DNA of 64,000 bases, from NCBI GenBank assembly GCA_963847705.1, contig CAWKBC010000014.1, positions 32,001 to 96,000 of the forward strand, in the 5' to 3' direction. Within the stretch, counting starts at the first letter, position 1; every line of letters begins with the position of its first letter. Source of the stretch: an uncultured Pseudomonadota bacterium (GTDB taxonomy: Bacteria > Myxococcota_A > Polyangia > Fen-1088). The notes under the pieces are model-generated. The model was not told where the DNA came from, did no database searches, and was given only the letters and a program-made list of their open reading frames with translations. The position numbers were made by a program, and so were the translations under genes. Shown here piece by piece: positions 1 through 10,203 of the stretch.

Positions 1-2621
1 TAGGCGAACACCTTGCACGGCAACGAGGGATCCGAGGCCACCTCGCGCCGCTGCTTCTTCTTGAGGCCGGTCTCCTTGAAGAGGCGCGCCCGCGCGGTGG
101 CCACCGCCGGTGAGAGCGTGGCCAGGATCTGCGACAGCGCCCAGTCCTCCTCGGGGTGATAGAGCTGCTTTTGCCAGACCTCCTCGGTCAGACGCGCCTG
201 GGCGCGCACCACCCCGTTCGGGCGGTACTGCTGGTAGAGCGCGCGCTCCTCGGGGTCGGCCTTGCCGATCAGCGCCAGCGCCGCCGCGGCGCCGTGCGCC
301 TGGTCGAGCCTCCCCATCTCCACGAAGAGGCGCACCAGCATCCTCAGATCGGGCTCCATCTCGGCGGCGGTCGCGGCGCGCGCGATGATGGCCTGGTGCT
401 GCGCGACCGCCTTCGGATAGGCCTCCGGGCCGGAGAGGCGATAGAGCTCCGCCAGCGCCCGCCGGCGCGCGATCCCCTCGGGGTCGAGGCTGACGGCGAC
501 CTCGAACGCCGCCACGGCGCCCGGGCCGTCCTTGAGGCGCGTCCGGTAGATCTCGCCCAGGCCGTGCCACAGAGCGACGAGCGCCGGCCGTTGGTCCGGC
601 GGCAGCTCGCTGCCGAGGCGCTTGATCTGGCGCCGGTAGATGCGCTCCTCGGTCTTCCAGTCGTGCGCCTCGGTCACCAGCTGGTCGATCCGTTCGAAGG
701 TCTCGAGGTCGTGGGGATCGGCGTCCAGCCCCTGCTCGAACGCCTCGATGGCTTCCGCCCGCGCGTGAAGCTCCTCCGCCAGGATGTTGCCGGCGGCCAC
801 GAAATAGGGCGCCCGCGTGGCATGGTCCGCCAGGGTGGCCAGCCGCGCCAAGAGCTGCACCGACTGCTTCCACTGCTTGGTGTCGGTGTAGAGCTCCAGC
901 AGCCGGTGCATGATCGACCGCTCGTCCGGCCAGAGCTTGAGCGCCTCCAGATAGGCCGCGATCGCCCGCTGCGGGTCGTTCCGCCGCTCGCTGTGGATCG
1001 TGGCCACCTGCTCGAGCAGCCCCAGCTTGGTCTTCGGATCGTCGGTGACCGCCAGCAGCGCCTGGGTGTGGCGCACGACCGCGTCGTCGTTGCCGGAGGC
1101 GCGCGCCGCTTCGACCAGCGACTCCAGCGCGCGGGTGCGGCGCGGATCGAGCGCCAGCGTCTTCTCCAGCGGCTCGATCGCTCCGGCCGGGGCGCCGGCG
1201 CGCAGCCGGGCGATGCCGAGCCTCTCGTAGGCGGCGATCTGCGCGTCGCGCGGCAGCCGCTCGGGCTCGGCGAGCACGCTCTGGTAGGCGGTGGCCGCCT
1301 CGCTCCAGTCCTGGCGCCTGAACGTGAGGTCGGCGAGATCAGTGCGCGCCGCCTGCGTCGCCGCGGACGGCGTGGTCGAGGAGCTCTCGGCGCCGGCGGC
1401 GGCGCGAAAGGCCTCGAGCGCTCCCTCTTCGTCGCCGGTCGCCTCGCGGGCTCGCCCGAGCCGGTGAAGTCGACGCGCCCGCTCCGGCGGCGGCTCCCCC
1501 TCCGCGCTCTTCGCCAGGAGCTCCGCCAGCGGCAGCAGCCCTGCGAAGTCACCCCGCCGCAGCTTGATCTCGGCCAGCTTCTCCACCAGATCGGGGCGCG
1601 CATTGTCGTCGATCGCCAGGATCTCCGTGTAGAGGTCGGCCGCCTGCGCCTCGTCGTCGAGCGCGGTGGCGCAGATCTCGGCCGCCTCACCCAGGATGCG
1701 GGTCTTGTCGGCCACGTCGGTGACCAGCGCGGCGGCGCGCCCGAGGAGCTGCCGCGCCTTCAACCAGTCCTTCCGCGCGCGGTAGATCGCCGCCAGCAGC
1801 AGCATGCTCGGCACGTGCGCCTCGCCGCCGGCCAGCGCCAGCGCCAGCTGCTCCTCGGCAGCGCGCGGATCGCCGAGCCGCTCCGTCAGCAGCCTGGCCA
1901 GCTGATACCGCGCGTCGATGCGGTCCGTCCCCTCGGGCAGCACGGCGATGAGGCGGCGCAGGGTCTCCGCGGCGGCCTCCCATTCGCCGCTCTCTTCGTG
2001 CAACGACGCGAGACCGGAGAGCGCGCCGGCATGCCGCGGCTCGTAGCGCAGCACCTCCCGGTGGGCGTCGCCGAGCTTGTCCGGATCGGCCCCCGGAAGG
2101 TGGCGGCGACGCACCAGGATCTCGACGTAGCGATCCCAGAGCCGCTGCCGGCGATAGAGGTTCTCGAGCAGCGTCAACGCGCCGCCGTGCTCGGGCGCCA
2201 GCGTCAGCGCGGTCTCGGCCGCCCGGGTCGCCGCGTCGAGCTGCGCGCGTCCGGTCTCGTTCCAGAACGCGATCTGCACCCAGAGATCGGCGGCCTGCTT
2301 CCTGTCCTCGAGCCCCTCGACGACCTCGGTGGTGACCGCAGCGAGCTCCGCCCAGAAGCCGTTCCCCCGTGCGATCCGTTCCATTTCCTGGATCACCCGC
2401 CCGCTGGCCGGATCCTCGGCGAGGGCCGTCTGCAAGGTGACCAGCGCCCCGTTCGGATCGCCGAGCCGGCGCTCGTAAATCTCGGAAATTCGGCAGAGCA
2501 CGGCCGTCCGCGCGGCGCCCGCAGGCGCGGTTTCGGCCTCCAGCAACAGCTCGTCGATCCGCGCGGCCCAGTCTTCGATCGGCGGCGCAGGCTGCCCGGG
2601 ATCGAAGGCGTCAGAGCTCAT
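1..2621 (-). CDS. Large tetratricopeptide-repeat protein (myxobacterial type); C-terminal part runs off the window start
   Basis: Absent from the ORF track because it has no stop inside the window. I translated both ends: ATG at 2621 after GAGGGAGG gives MSSDAFDPGQPAPPIEDWAARIDELLLEAE...RISEIYERRLGDPNGALVTLQTALAEDP, and the same frame reads ...ETGLKKKQRREVASDPSLPCKVFA at position 3. TPR-like helical repeats. Confidence 0.85.
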   Translation of the reverse strand, partial: MSSDAFDPGQPAPPIEDWAARIDELLLEAETAPAGAARTAVLCRISEIYERRLGDPNGALVTLQTALAEDPASGRVIQEMERIARGNGFWAELAAVTTEVVEGLEDRKQAADLWVQIAFWNETGRAQLDAATRAAETALTLAPEHGGALTLLENLYRRQRLWDRYVEILVRRRHLPGADPDKLGDAHREVLRYEPRHAGALSGLASLHEESGEWEAAAETLRRLIAVLPEGTDRIDARYQLARLLTERLGDPRAAEEQLALALAGGEAHVPSMLLLAAIYRARKDWLKARQLLGRAAALVTDVADKTRILGEAAEICATALDDEAQAADLYTEILAIDDNARPDLVEKLAEIKLRRGDFAGLLPLAELLAKSAEGEPPPERARRLHRLGRAREATGDEEGALEAFRAAAGAESSSTTPSAATQAARTDLADLTFRRQDWSEAATAYQSVLAEPERLPRDAQIAAYERLGIARLRAGAPAGAIEPLEKTLALDPRRTRALESLVEAARASGNDDAVVRHTQALLAVTDDPKTKLGLLEQVATIHSERRNDPQRAIAAYLEALKLWPDERSIMHRLLELYTDTKQWKQSVQLLARLATLADHATRAPYFVAAGNILAEELHARAEAIEAFEQGLDADPHDLETFERIDQLVTEAHDWKTEERIYRRQIKRLGSELPPDQRPALVALWHGLGEIYRTRLKDGPGAVAAFEVAVSLDPEGIARRRALAELYRLSGPEAYPKAVAQHQAIIARAATAAEMEPDLRMLVRLFVEMGRLDQAHGAAAALALIGKADPEERALYQQYRPNGVVRAQARLTEEVWQKQLYHPEEDWALSQILATLSPAVATARARLFKETGLKKKQRREVASDPSLPCKVFA

Positions 2622-2688
2622 CCGGGTGCCCTCCCTCACTCTTGAAGTAACACGGGATGCGCCGCGGAGGCGAACGATCGCCGGACGA

Positions 2689-4548
2689 TTACGGCGTCAT
2701 ATTATCGAAAGATAGGATACGTGCGTCGGTGAGCCAGATCGTGGCGCCCGGCAAACCGTCCAGCGCGATCTCGAACTCGAGCGGACCGCCGGCGTGCGCC
2801 AGGCGGACCTCGATCTCCCTCGGAGACCCGGGCGGCAGCTCGAACGCGCCGTTGGCGAACGACAACCGAGCCGCCTCGCCGGCCTCGTTGACCGCCTTCA
2901 TGGTGATGCCGTAGGTCCCCGCGCCGACCGGACCCCCGCCGAGCCGGACACTCACCTGCGCGGCCCCGTCGTCACCGACGCGCAGGTGCAATCCGCTCGG
3001 CGCCCCTTCGAGGGGCGAGGTCCGTGAAAATGGCGGCGTCGGCCTCCAGAGGAGAAGCCGTGTCGTGGTTTCGCCGGGCCGCTGGAACGCAGCCTCCGTC
3101 GCCGCCCAGCGGTGATGCGCCCGCAGGACGCGCCCGCCCTCGAGCAGCGCCGGCCAGACGAGCCGCCACAGCACGACCAGGAACAGCGCGGGCGCCAGCG
3201 CGCGCGAGGCACGGACGGCGTCGGCCCGCGAGCGGCGCGCCAGCGCCAGCCCGAGCGCCGCCAGCTCGCCCAGAGCCAGGGCCACGAACGGAAACGCCAG
3301 CATCTCGAGCGGCAGGCGGTAGCGCGGCTCCGCGAAGAAGATGGCGTACGTCGAGGCGAGCGCGAGCTGAAAGGGGAGCAGCGCCAGCAGCGTCCAGCGC
3401 CGAAGCGCCAGCGCGACGGCGAGCCCGGCCAGGGTCAACCCCATGACGCTCAGCCCAAACGCATCGGCGAGCGACGCGATGGCGCCGTGGTGCGCGGCGA
3501 ACCAGGCCGCGCGGGGACCGACGAGCGCACCGGTCCGAAAGATCGGCCAGTAGAGCAGCCGGACCTCGGGATCGAACAGGCGCTCCGTCTTGAGCGTGAT
3601 CATTCCGAGCGTGTAGCGCGGCTCGAACCGGGTCCACTCGCGGGCGATCGCGTAGGCGGCCTGATCGGTCGTGCGGTGAGGCTCGTCGAGCACGCCCCGT
3701 CCGGTGACGTCCTTGAACATCTGGTTGAGCGCGCGCGTGTAGGTCCCCTCGGAGTTCGGGTTTGCCCCGATGAGGGCGGTGATGCCGCCGTGATCATCGG
3801 TGAAGTAGAGCGCGCCGCTCTGCCGCAGGTGCCGGATGGCCCAGGGGGACAGCACCAGCAGCGCCGCGGCCAGCCCCGCCGCCGCCAGCACCAGCGCGCG
3901 GCCGAGACGCAGGCGCAAGGCCAGCCAGTACCCGAGCGACAGCGCGGAGAGCGGCAGCGCCACCGCCCGTACCCAGGCCGCCAGCCCCATCGCCGCGCCG
4001 AACGCCAGCGCCGCCGTCCAGGGGCGCGACCGACCGAACGTCACCAGGAGCGCCAGGGCAGCCACGATCAGCGCCGCCGCCGGGACGTCGGTGCCCACCA
4101 CGCTCGACATCGCCACCCCGGCGGGCCACAGCGCGTAGAGCAGCGTCGCCAGGGCGGCATGGGGACAGGGGCAGCGCCGGCGCCAACCGCTCACCGCGGC
4201 CTCTCCAGCGCCGCCACCATCATGCGCGTCGGACCGCTCGTCGACCAGCTTCCAGGTCACGACGAAGAGCCCTGCCGCGCCCAGCGTGCCGAAGAAGACG
4301 CCGAGCAGCTTCTGCGCCAGCAGGTCGCCGCCCAGGTTCTTGATCGCCGCCAGCAGCGCCACGAACCCCGGCATGTAGATGAAGCCCGGGTCGAGCCGCC
4401 CGAACTCCGAGAGATAGTTGGCCGACTCGCGGTACATCGCGAAGTCGCTCACCGGCACCGTGGGAACCGACAGCACCCAGAGCAATCGGGCCGCGGTCGC
4501 CAGCCCGACCAGCGCCACGAACCAGATCCAGATCGCGCGCCGACTCAA
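2689..4548 (-). CDS. Multi-pass membrane glycosyltransferase (GT-C/ArnT/PMT-like)
   Basis: Multiple TM helices; SDFxxY after the first TM, PGF, and late EPRYRLP motif typical of GT-C membrane proteins. TTG start is uncertain. Confidence 0.65.
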   Translation of the reverse strand: MSRRAIWIWFVALVGLATAARLLWVLSVPTVPVSDFAMYRESANYLSEFGRLDPGFIYMPGFVALLAAIKNLGGDLLAQKLLGVFFGTLGAAGLFVVTWKLVDERSDAHDGGGAGEAAVSGWRRRCPCPHAALATLLYALWPAGVAMSSVVGTDVPAAALIVAALALLVTFGRSRPWTAALAFGAAMGLAAWVRAVALPLSALSLGYWLALRLRLGRALVLAAAGLAAALLVLSPWAIRHLRQSGALYFTDDHGGITALIGANPNSEGTYTRALNQMFKDVTGRGVLDEPHRTTDQAAYAIAREWTRFEPRYTLGMITLKTERLFDPEVRLLYWPIFRTGALVGPRAAWFAAHHGAIASLADAFGLSVMGLTLAGLAVALALRRWTLLALLPFQLALASTYAIFFAEPRYRLPLEMLAFPFVALALGELAALGLALARRSRADAVRASRALAPALFLVVLWRLVWPALLEGGRVLRAHHRWAATEAAFQRPGETTTRLLLWRPTPPFSRTSPLEGAPSGLHLRVGDDGAAQVSVRLGGGPVGAGTYGITMKAVNEAGEAARLSFANGAFELPPGSPREIEVRLAHAGGPLEFEIALDGLPGATIWLTDARILSFDNMTP

Positions 4549-4553
4549 GCTCC

Positions 4554-4628
4554 GGGACCCTCAAAGGGTCCCCGCTCCCCCCCGCGACGGACTCCGCTCG
4601 GCAAAGCCGAGCTACGTCCACCCGGGCG
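4554..4628. repeat. REP-like palindromic element (GGGACCC-N5-GGGTCCC family), copy 1
   Basis: GGGACCCTCAAAGGGTCCC, a C-run plus GCGA, then the GCTCGGCAAAGCCGAGC hairpin. Reverse complement resembles the copies at 28.5, 36.0-36.3 and 39.2 kb. Confidence 0.65.
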
Positions 4629-4630
4629 CA

Positions 4631-4972
4631 CTACCCCGCCATCTGGAGGAGCTTCGAGAGCTTGGTGGCCAGGATGGGGTCGCCGGCGACCTTCAGCTTG
4701 CCGCTGAAGAAGAGCGACATCGCCGCCTGCATGCCGCCGTCGATCATCCCGCGGAAATCATCGTCGCTCGCCTCGATGGTGCACTGAGCAACGCCGTGCT
4801 CCCCGACCACGCAGGTCGGCGGCGTCGACACCAGATCCACCGTCCAGGTGCCACCGTCGGGGCCGCTGATCTTGAAGAGGTAGATCGCAGCCACGTCCTT
4901 GGCCTTCTCGGGACTGGTGGCGAGAACGGCGGGAACTTTCTGATCGAAGAACGCCTTGACGGACGTCGGCAT
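4631..4972 (-). CDS. SCP2 sterol/lipid-binding domain protein
   Basis: 113 aa with IYLFKISGPDGGTWTVD and AAMSLFFSGKLKVAGD...ATKL, the SCP2 signature. Confidence 0.9.
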   Translation of the reverse strand: MPTSVKAFFDQKVPAVLATSPEKAKDVAAIYLFKISGPDGGTWTVDLVSTPPTCVVGEHGVAQCTIEASDDDFRGMIDGGMQAAMSLFFSGKLKVAGDPILATKLSKLLQMAG

Positions 4973-5010
4973 CGGAACCTCCGAGAGTGGCGAGAGTAGG
5001 TCGTTGAATC

Positions 5011-6459
5011 CTAACCGGACTTGCGCGCGGCAGCATACTTCTTCGCCACCTTCTGCGCGTAGCCGGGCTTTTCGATCCGCGCCCCACGCGTGATCACCAG
5101 CGCTCCCGCCGGCACGTCTTCTTGAACCGTCGTCCCCGCGCCGACCACGGCCCCCTTGCCGATCCGCACGGGAGCCACCAGCTGCGAGTCCGACCCGATG
5201 AACGCGCCGTCGTCGATCACCGTCTTCGACTTCTCGTAGCCGTTGTAGTTGCAGGTGATGGTCCCGGCGCCGATGTTCACCTTTTCCCCGACGGTGGTGT
5301 CGCCGAGGTAGGTCAGGTGGTTGGCCTTGCTGCCGCGCCCGAGCGTGGTCTTCTTGGTCTCCACGAAGTTGCCGATGTGGGCGTCGGGGCCGATGTTGGT
5401 CCCCGGGCGCAGGTGCGCGAAGGGTCCCACGGTGGCCCCCACGCCGATGACCGCCTCGGTGGCGACGCTGTAAGGGCGGATGAGGACGCCCGCCCCGACC
5501 TCGGTGTCGGTGAGGATGACGCCGTCGCCGATGCGGGCGCCGTGGCCGATCTTGGTGCGCCCGCGCAGCGCCACCCCGCGCCCGAGCTCGACGTCGACGC
5601 CGACCACCACCCCCGGCTCGACGTCGGTGGTGGCCGGATCGCGGAAGGTGACGTGCGCCATGAGCGCCCGGTTGATCCGCGCGCGCATCGCCGCCTCGGC
5701 CTCGGCGAGCTGCTGGCGATCGTTGACCCCGGCCACGTCGCGAAAGTCGGCCTCCACGGCGGTGACCCCGATCCCCTCGGCGGCGCGCGCGATGATGTCG
5801 GTCAGGTAGTACTCCCGCTGCGCGTTGCGCGCCGAGAGCCCGGCGGTGGCCTCGCGGAAGAAATCGACCGGCCCGCAGTAGATGCCGGCGTTCACCTCGG
5901 TGATGGCGCGCTCCTCGGGCGAGGCGTCCTTCTCTTCCACCACGCTGATGACGTGTCCCCGCTCGTCGCGCAGGATCCGGCCGTAGCCGGTGGGATCGGG
6001 CGGCGTCGCCGTCACCACGGCCAGGCAGCGGTAGCGGCGCGCGGTCCCCACCAGCGCCGCCAGCGTCTCGCGCCGGAGGAGCGGCACGTCACCGTAGAGC
6101 ACCAGGATCAGGTCGCCGCCGAACCCCTTCAAGGCCGCCATCGCCAGCTTGACCGCGTGGCCGGTGCCGCGCTGCTCGGCCTGCTCGACCACGGTCACCG
6201 CGTCGGCCCCGAACCGCGCGCCCAGAGCGGCCTCGACGGCCTCCCGCTGGTGTCCGAGCACGGCGACCACCGGATCGGCGCCCAGCGCCCGCGCCAGCTC
6301 GACGGGATAGGCGCCGAGCGGCCGGCCCAGGATCTCGTGCAGCACCTTGGCGCGCGAGGAGCGCATCCGCGTCCCCTTCCCCGCCGCGAGCACGATCGCC
6401 GCCAACCCTCCGCGGACCACGCGTCGACCCTGGGGATTCTTTTTCGCGCGCGCCGGCAT
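5011..6459 (-). CDS. glmU: Bifunctional UDP-N-acetylglucosamine pyrophosphorylase / glucosamine-1-phosphate N-acetyltransferase
   Basis: LAAGKGTRM, GYGRI, EYYLTD, GPFAHLRP, GNFVETK, NHLTYLGD, GAGTITCNY and hexapeptide repeats. Confidence 0.97.
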   Translation of the reverse strand: MPARAKKNPQGRRVVRGGLAAIVLAAGKGTRMRSSRAKVLHEILGRPLGAYPVELARALGADPVVAVLGHQREAVEAALGARFGADAVTVVEQAEQRGTGHAVKLAMAALKGFGGDLILVLYGDVPLLRRETLAALVGTARRYRCLAVVTATPPDPTGYGRILRDERGHVISVVEEKDASPEERAITEVNAGIYCGPVDFFREATAGLSARNAQREYYLTDIIARAAEGIGVTAVEADFRDVAGVNDRQQLAEAEAAMRARINRALMAHVTFRDPATTDVEPGVVVGVDVELGRGVALRGRTKIGHGARIGDGVILTDTEVGAGVLIRPYSVATEAVIGVGATVGPFAHLRPGTNIGPDAHIGNFVETKKTTLGRGSKANHLTYLGDTTVGEKVNIGAGTITCNYNGYEKSKTVIDDGAFIGSDSQLVAPVRIGKGAVVGAGTTVQEDVPAGALVITRGARIEKPGYAQKVAKKYAAARKSG

Positions 6460-6539
6460 GGGCTTGGAGGCTCGACGGTACTTAACAACGACCCGAGCCC
6501 TTGTCCATCGGTGTGGGCGGGATAGACTGCCCGCACGCG

Positions 6540-8582
6540 ATGGCCGGGTACGTCCTCATCGTCGAAAAAGACGCCGAGCTGCAGCAGCGCATCGGCGCGG
6601 CCCTGCGCGACGCCGGATACGAGCTGGCGGCGGAGACGGAGGCGTCGTGGGCCCGGCGGAGCATCGCCGTGCGCAGGCCCGACGCGGTGGTCCTGGGAAC
6701 CCGACTCTCCGACGGCGACGGGTTCGGGCTGGCCGAGGAGCTGCGCCGCGATCCCGAGACCCGGGGCGTGCCGATCGTCTTCATCGCCAGCAGCCACCGG
6801 GGCAACAGCCACCGGGCCGAGGCGCGGCGGCGGTTCGCCCCGGCCGAATATCTGGCCACGCCGCTGGACGCCCTGGCGATCCCGACCCGCCTGTTCGAGC
6901 TGGCCTCCGCGCCGCTCCCGCCCTCCGAGGCGACGGTCGACAATTACGTGACACCGCCGCCCGAGGCGACCCAGGTGACGAAGCAGAGCCTGCACGATCC
7001 TGCGCAGCAACAGGAGCGGCGCGAGGTCGAACGGACCGCCAAGACCCTGGTCGAGGATCCGGTCGAGGCGGCGTTCGCCGGGACCCTCAAGCGCACGCCG
7101 CTGGCCCGGGTGCTCCAGCGGCTCTACGCCACGCGTGCCAGCGGGTCGCTGCTGCTCCTCCGCGACAACACCAAGAAGATCGTCTTTTTCTCCGATGGCT
7201 ACCCCTTCTCGGTCCGTTCGAACCTTCTCGGGGAGTGCCTGGGGCAGATCCTGCTCGAGAAGAAGCTCATCACCGGCGAGGCGCTCTCCGCCTCCGTCGC
7301 GCGCCTGCAGAAAGAGAAGCGCCAGCAGGGGCAGATCTTGATCGAGATGGGCGTGCTGTCGCCCTACAACCTGCAGCGCGCGCTGGTCGATCAGGTCGAG
7401 GCGAAGCTTCTGGAGGTCTTCGCCTGGCCGGACGGCAAGTTCATGTTCAAGGCGAGCGAGGAGATGCCGGCCGGGGCGACGCGCCTCGAGCGGCCGCCCG
7501 CCGCCCTGATCCTGGAGGGAATTCGACGTCACTACGACCAGGCGCGGCAGGAGGCGGTGCTGGCCCGCTACGAGGGTCAGTACATCGCGCTCAGCGCCGA
7601 CCCCATGCTGCGGCTGCAGGAGATGACGGCCGATGCCACCGAGCAGGCGTTCATTCGCGACCTCGACGGCGCGCGCCAGATGGGGAGCATCCTCGCCGGC
7701 GCCAAGATCCCCCCGGCGAAGGCGCGCCTGCTGCTGGTCGCGCTGTCGGAGGCGGGGATGATCCAGGCGCGCGAGGCGACCTCGCGGCGCCGGGCCGCGG
7801 TCGCACCGGCCGCCGCACCGGCCGCGCCGGCCCCGCCCGTCGAGCGCCAGCCGGCGCCGCTCGGCAGCGGCGAGCTCTCCATGATGCTGCAGATGGCGCG
7901 CACCCAGGATCACTTCTGGTCGCTGGGCGTCGGCCGCGAAGCCTCCACCACCGAGATCGATCGCGCCTACGAGGCGCTGGCGCGCAGCTTCCATGCCGAT
8001 CGCTACCGGCTGGCCCCCGAGGACGATCGCCGGATGGCGCAAGAGATCTTCGACAGCCTGGCCGAGGCCCACCGGGTCCTGCGCGATCCCGTCCATCGAC
8101 GCGCCTACGCGAACAAGCTGGGACGCGAGAACGACGAGGCCTCCGAGCCGCCCCGCGCGGCCAACGCGGCGCCGGTCGCGGCTCCCGCGCGCGCAGGCGC
8201 TCCGCCGCCCGGCGGCGCGGCGCACGCGCTGTACGAGGTGGGCCTCGAGCACCTGCGCGCCCGCCGCCATCACGAGGCCGTCGAAGTTCTTCGCCAGGCG
8301 GCGCGCCTGGTCCCCAACGAGGCCGACTACCGCGCGGCGCTGGGGTGGGCGCTGTTTCGCCAGGCCCCGGCCGACGCGCGGGCCGCGCGCGCCGCCATCG
8401 CGGAGCTGCGCCGCGCCACCCAGATCGACGAGCGCCACCGGAGCGCGGCGCAGCACCTGGCCGACATCTACGCGCAGACGGGGCAGCCCGAGGCCGCGAT
8501 CATGGAGCTCGAGCGGCTTCTGGCGCTGGATCCGGAGGCGGTGGAGCTGGCCGACGAGCTGCGGCGTCTGCGGGCGCAGTAG
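6540..8582 (+). CDS. Receiver-like + DUF4388-like + DnaJ-like + TPR multidomain protein
   Basis: N-terminal receiver fold (VLIVEKD...PDAVVLG...DGFGL...VPIVFI), FAGTL...SGSLLL...WPDGKFMF middle domain, J-like DHFWSLGV...AYEALARSFHADRY, C-terminal TPRs. TTGTCC-N16-TAGACT lies upstream of the ATG. Confidence 0.8.
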   Translation: MAGYVLIVEKDAELQQRIGAALRDAGYELAAETEASWARRSIAVRRPDAVVLGTRLSDGDGFGLAEELRRDPETRGVPIVFIASSHRGNSHRAEARRRFAPAEYLATPLDALAIPTRLFELASAPLPPSEATVDNYVTPPPEATQVTKQSLHDPAQQQERREVERTAKTLVEDPVEAAFAGTLKRTPLARVLQRLYATRASGSLLLLRDNTKKIVFFSDGYPFSVRSNLLGECLGQILLEKKLITGEALSASVARLQKEKRQQGQILIEMGVLSPYNLQRALVDQVEAKLLEVFAWPDGKFMFKASEEMPAGATRLERPPAALILEGIRRHYDQARQEAVLARYEGQYIALSADPMLRLQEMTADATEQAFIRDLDGARQMGSILAGAKIPPAKARLLLVALSEAGMIQAREATSRRRAAVAPAAAPAAPAPPVERQPAPLGSGELSMMLQMARTQDHFWSLGVGREASTTEIDRAYEALARSFHADRYRLAPEDDRRMAQEIFDSLAEAHRVLRDPVHRRAYANKLGRENDEASEPPRAANAAPVAAPARAGAPPPGGAAHALYEVGLEHLRARRHHEAVEVLRQAARLVPNEADYRAALGWALFRQAPADARAARAAIAELRRATQIDERHRSAAQHLADIYAQTGQPEAAIMELERLLALDPEAVELADELRRLRAQ

Positions 8583-9957
8583 CCGCCCCGGGCCGCCGCG
8601 CGCGGACGACCGCGGTCACGAGCACCAGGATCTGGCGCACCCCGCGGTGGAGCTGCGTCAGGACCAGCACGCAGAGGGCCGGTTCGAGAAAGAACTTGAA
8701 ACGAATGTTCTCGCCACGCTCCCCGAGAATGCTGACGCCGAGGACGTAGCCCACCGGCAGCAGCAGCGCCAGCACCGAGCGCAGGCGACGCCGCGATTGC
8801 CAGACACCGAGCAAAGACGCGCCGATTGCCAACCCAATCAGGGGCCAGCCAGAGAAGATCCAGTCGACCTGGTGCCGCCAGGGCAACCGATCGACGATCT
8901 CGTTCCGCGAGTACTCGCTGGACGGTTCGAGGAAGATGTCGAAGTTCTGCCGATAGCCGGCCCACAGCGCGGCGGGCGACCGCTCGACCAGGGTGCGCCG
9001 GAAGCAGGCCATCAGCTGGCGCTCGATCCCCAACCGATCGAGGTGGTTGAAGTTCTCCGAGCCGTCGAGCTTGCGCGGCTCGGTCAGCACCGGCGCGGTC
9101 AGCCGGGCGGGGCCAGCGTCCGCCGCCGGGGCAAGTGGCCCGCAGTCGGCGCCGAGCGAGCGGGTGAGGTTGGTCCCCTGCAACGTCGACGTCGAGACGG
9201 TGCCGAAAAGGTAGGCCTGCTTGATCGAATAGAGGCCCACCGTTGCGCCGACCACCGCGCCAAAGAGGAGCAGCTGGCGACGCGGCACCCGCAGCAGCAG
9301 GAGGGAGCCGAGCATCACCAGCACGAATGGCCACTGGAAGAGCGAGCGGGTGAAGTAGGCGAGCAGCACCGCGGCGCTCAACCGGCCAGCGGAACCGCCG
9401 TCGCTGCTGCCAAACCTCCAGGTCTCGTACAGAACCCACGTCGTGAACAGCGCGGAGAGCAAGGTGCCGTCCAGCAACGTCGCGTAGGCGAAGGCCGCCG
9501 GGTGCAACAGCCAGCCCAGGGTGAAGAGCGCCGCCAGCGCGCCCGGAACCCGGAGCCGCCGGAGCCAGACATCGATCAGCGTGGCCAGCGCCGCCGCCGC
9601 CAGGGCCCACACATGATTGAGGTCGCGATCCACCCCGCGCATCACCTCGTCCCAGCTCGCGCCTCGGTGGAAGACCAGCAGCAGCGCGCGGATCAAGTTG
9701 ACGACCGGCGGTTGCACATGCAGGTACCAGAGCGACTCCAGGGGCGCCGCGCGCAGCTCGCGAAGCGAGACCGACTGCATCAGGGTCTCCGACGTCAGCC
9801 CCTGGAAGTAGACGCCACCGCTCGCGTGGCTGCGGAAGATCGACTCGACGATCTCCAGCAGGGCAAACGAGAGCGCGAAGACCGCCAAAGGGCGCGCCGG
9901 CCGACCAAGCGTCCGTGTGCGCGCCCGGAGTCCCTCGACCGATGATCCTCTCGCCAT
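8500..9957 (-). CDS. Multi-pass membrane protein, possibly GT-C-like
   Basis: Many TM segments, LWYLHVQPP, C-terminal GERGENIRFKFFLEP. Its 3' end overlaps the convergent gene by about 80 bp. Confidence 0.6.
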   Translation of the reverse strand: MARGSSVEGLRARTRTLGRPARPLAVFALSFALLEIVESIFRSHASGGVYFQGLTSETLMQSVSLRELRAAPLESLWYLHVQPPVVNLIRALLLVFHRGASWDEVMRGVDRDLNHVWALAAAALATLIDVWLRRLRVPGALAALFTLGWLLHPAAFAYATLLDGTLLSALFTTWVLYETWRFGSSDGGSAGRLSAAVLLAYFTRSLFQWPFVLVMLGSLLLLRVPRRQLLLFGAVVGATVGLYSIKQAYLFGTVSTSTLQGTNLTRSLGADCGPLAPAADAGPARLTAPVLTEPRKLDGSENFNHLDRLGIERQLMACFRRTLVERSPAALWAGYRQNFDIFLEPSSEYSRNEIVDRLPWRHQVDWIFSGWPLIGLAIGASLLGVWQSRRRLRSVLALLLPVGYVLGVSILGERGENIRFKFFLEPALCVLVLTQLHRGVRQILVLVTAVVRARRPGAATAPADAAARRPAPPPPDPAPEAARAP

Positions 9958-10175
9958 AGTCGTTCAACAAAACGAAGGTCGCTTTAGACGCGAGACCGTG
10001 ACTAGCAACACCGAGGCCAGCCGAAGGCTCGGGCGTCCGGGCGGTTGGCCTCGTCGCGCACCCGGGGCGAGACCGGTCCACGACATTGCTGTCAGGGTGG
10101 CGGCGGGTTTTCACGACCGGGCGGCGGCGATGGGACCAGCGGGACCGAAAATGGAGCCGGAGACCAAACCGCTCA

Positions 10176-10191
10176 GGGCACGAGGCTTGCT
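10176..10191 (+). promoter_or_regulatory. Putative sigma54 (-24/-12) promoter of the ferritin-like gene
   Basis: GGGCACGAGGCTTGCT has GG-N10-GC and is close to TGGCACG-N4-TTGCW; ATG at 10204. Confidence 0.6.
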
Positions 10192-10203
10192 GTTCTCCTT
10201 CAC

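Noticed and set aside
156-2645. 829-aa plus-strand ORF and similar long Arg/Gly-rich ORFs (e.g. 23457..26303, 29126..31030, 36687..39302)
   Set aside because: Antisense shadow ORFs of real opposite-strand genes in high-GC DNA; no recognisable motifs.
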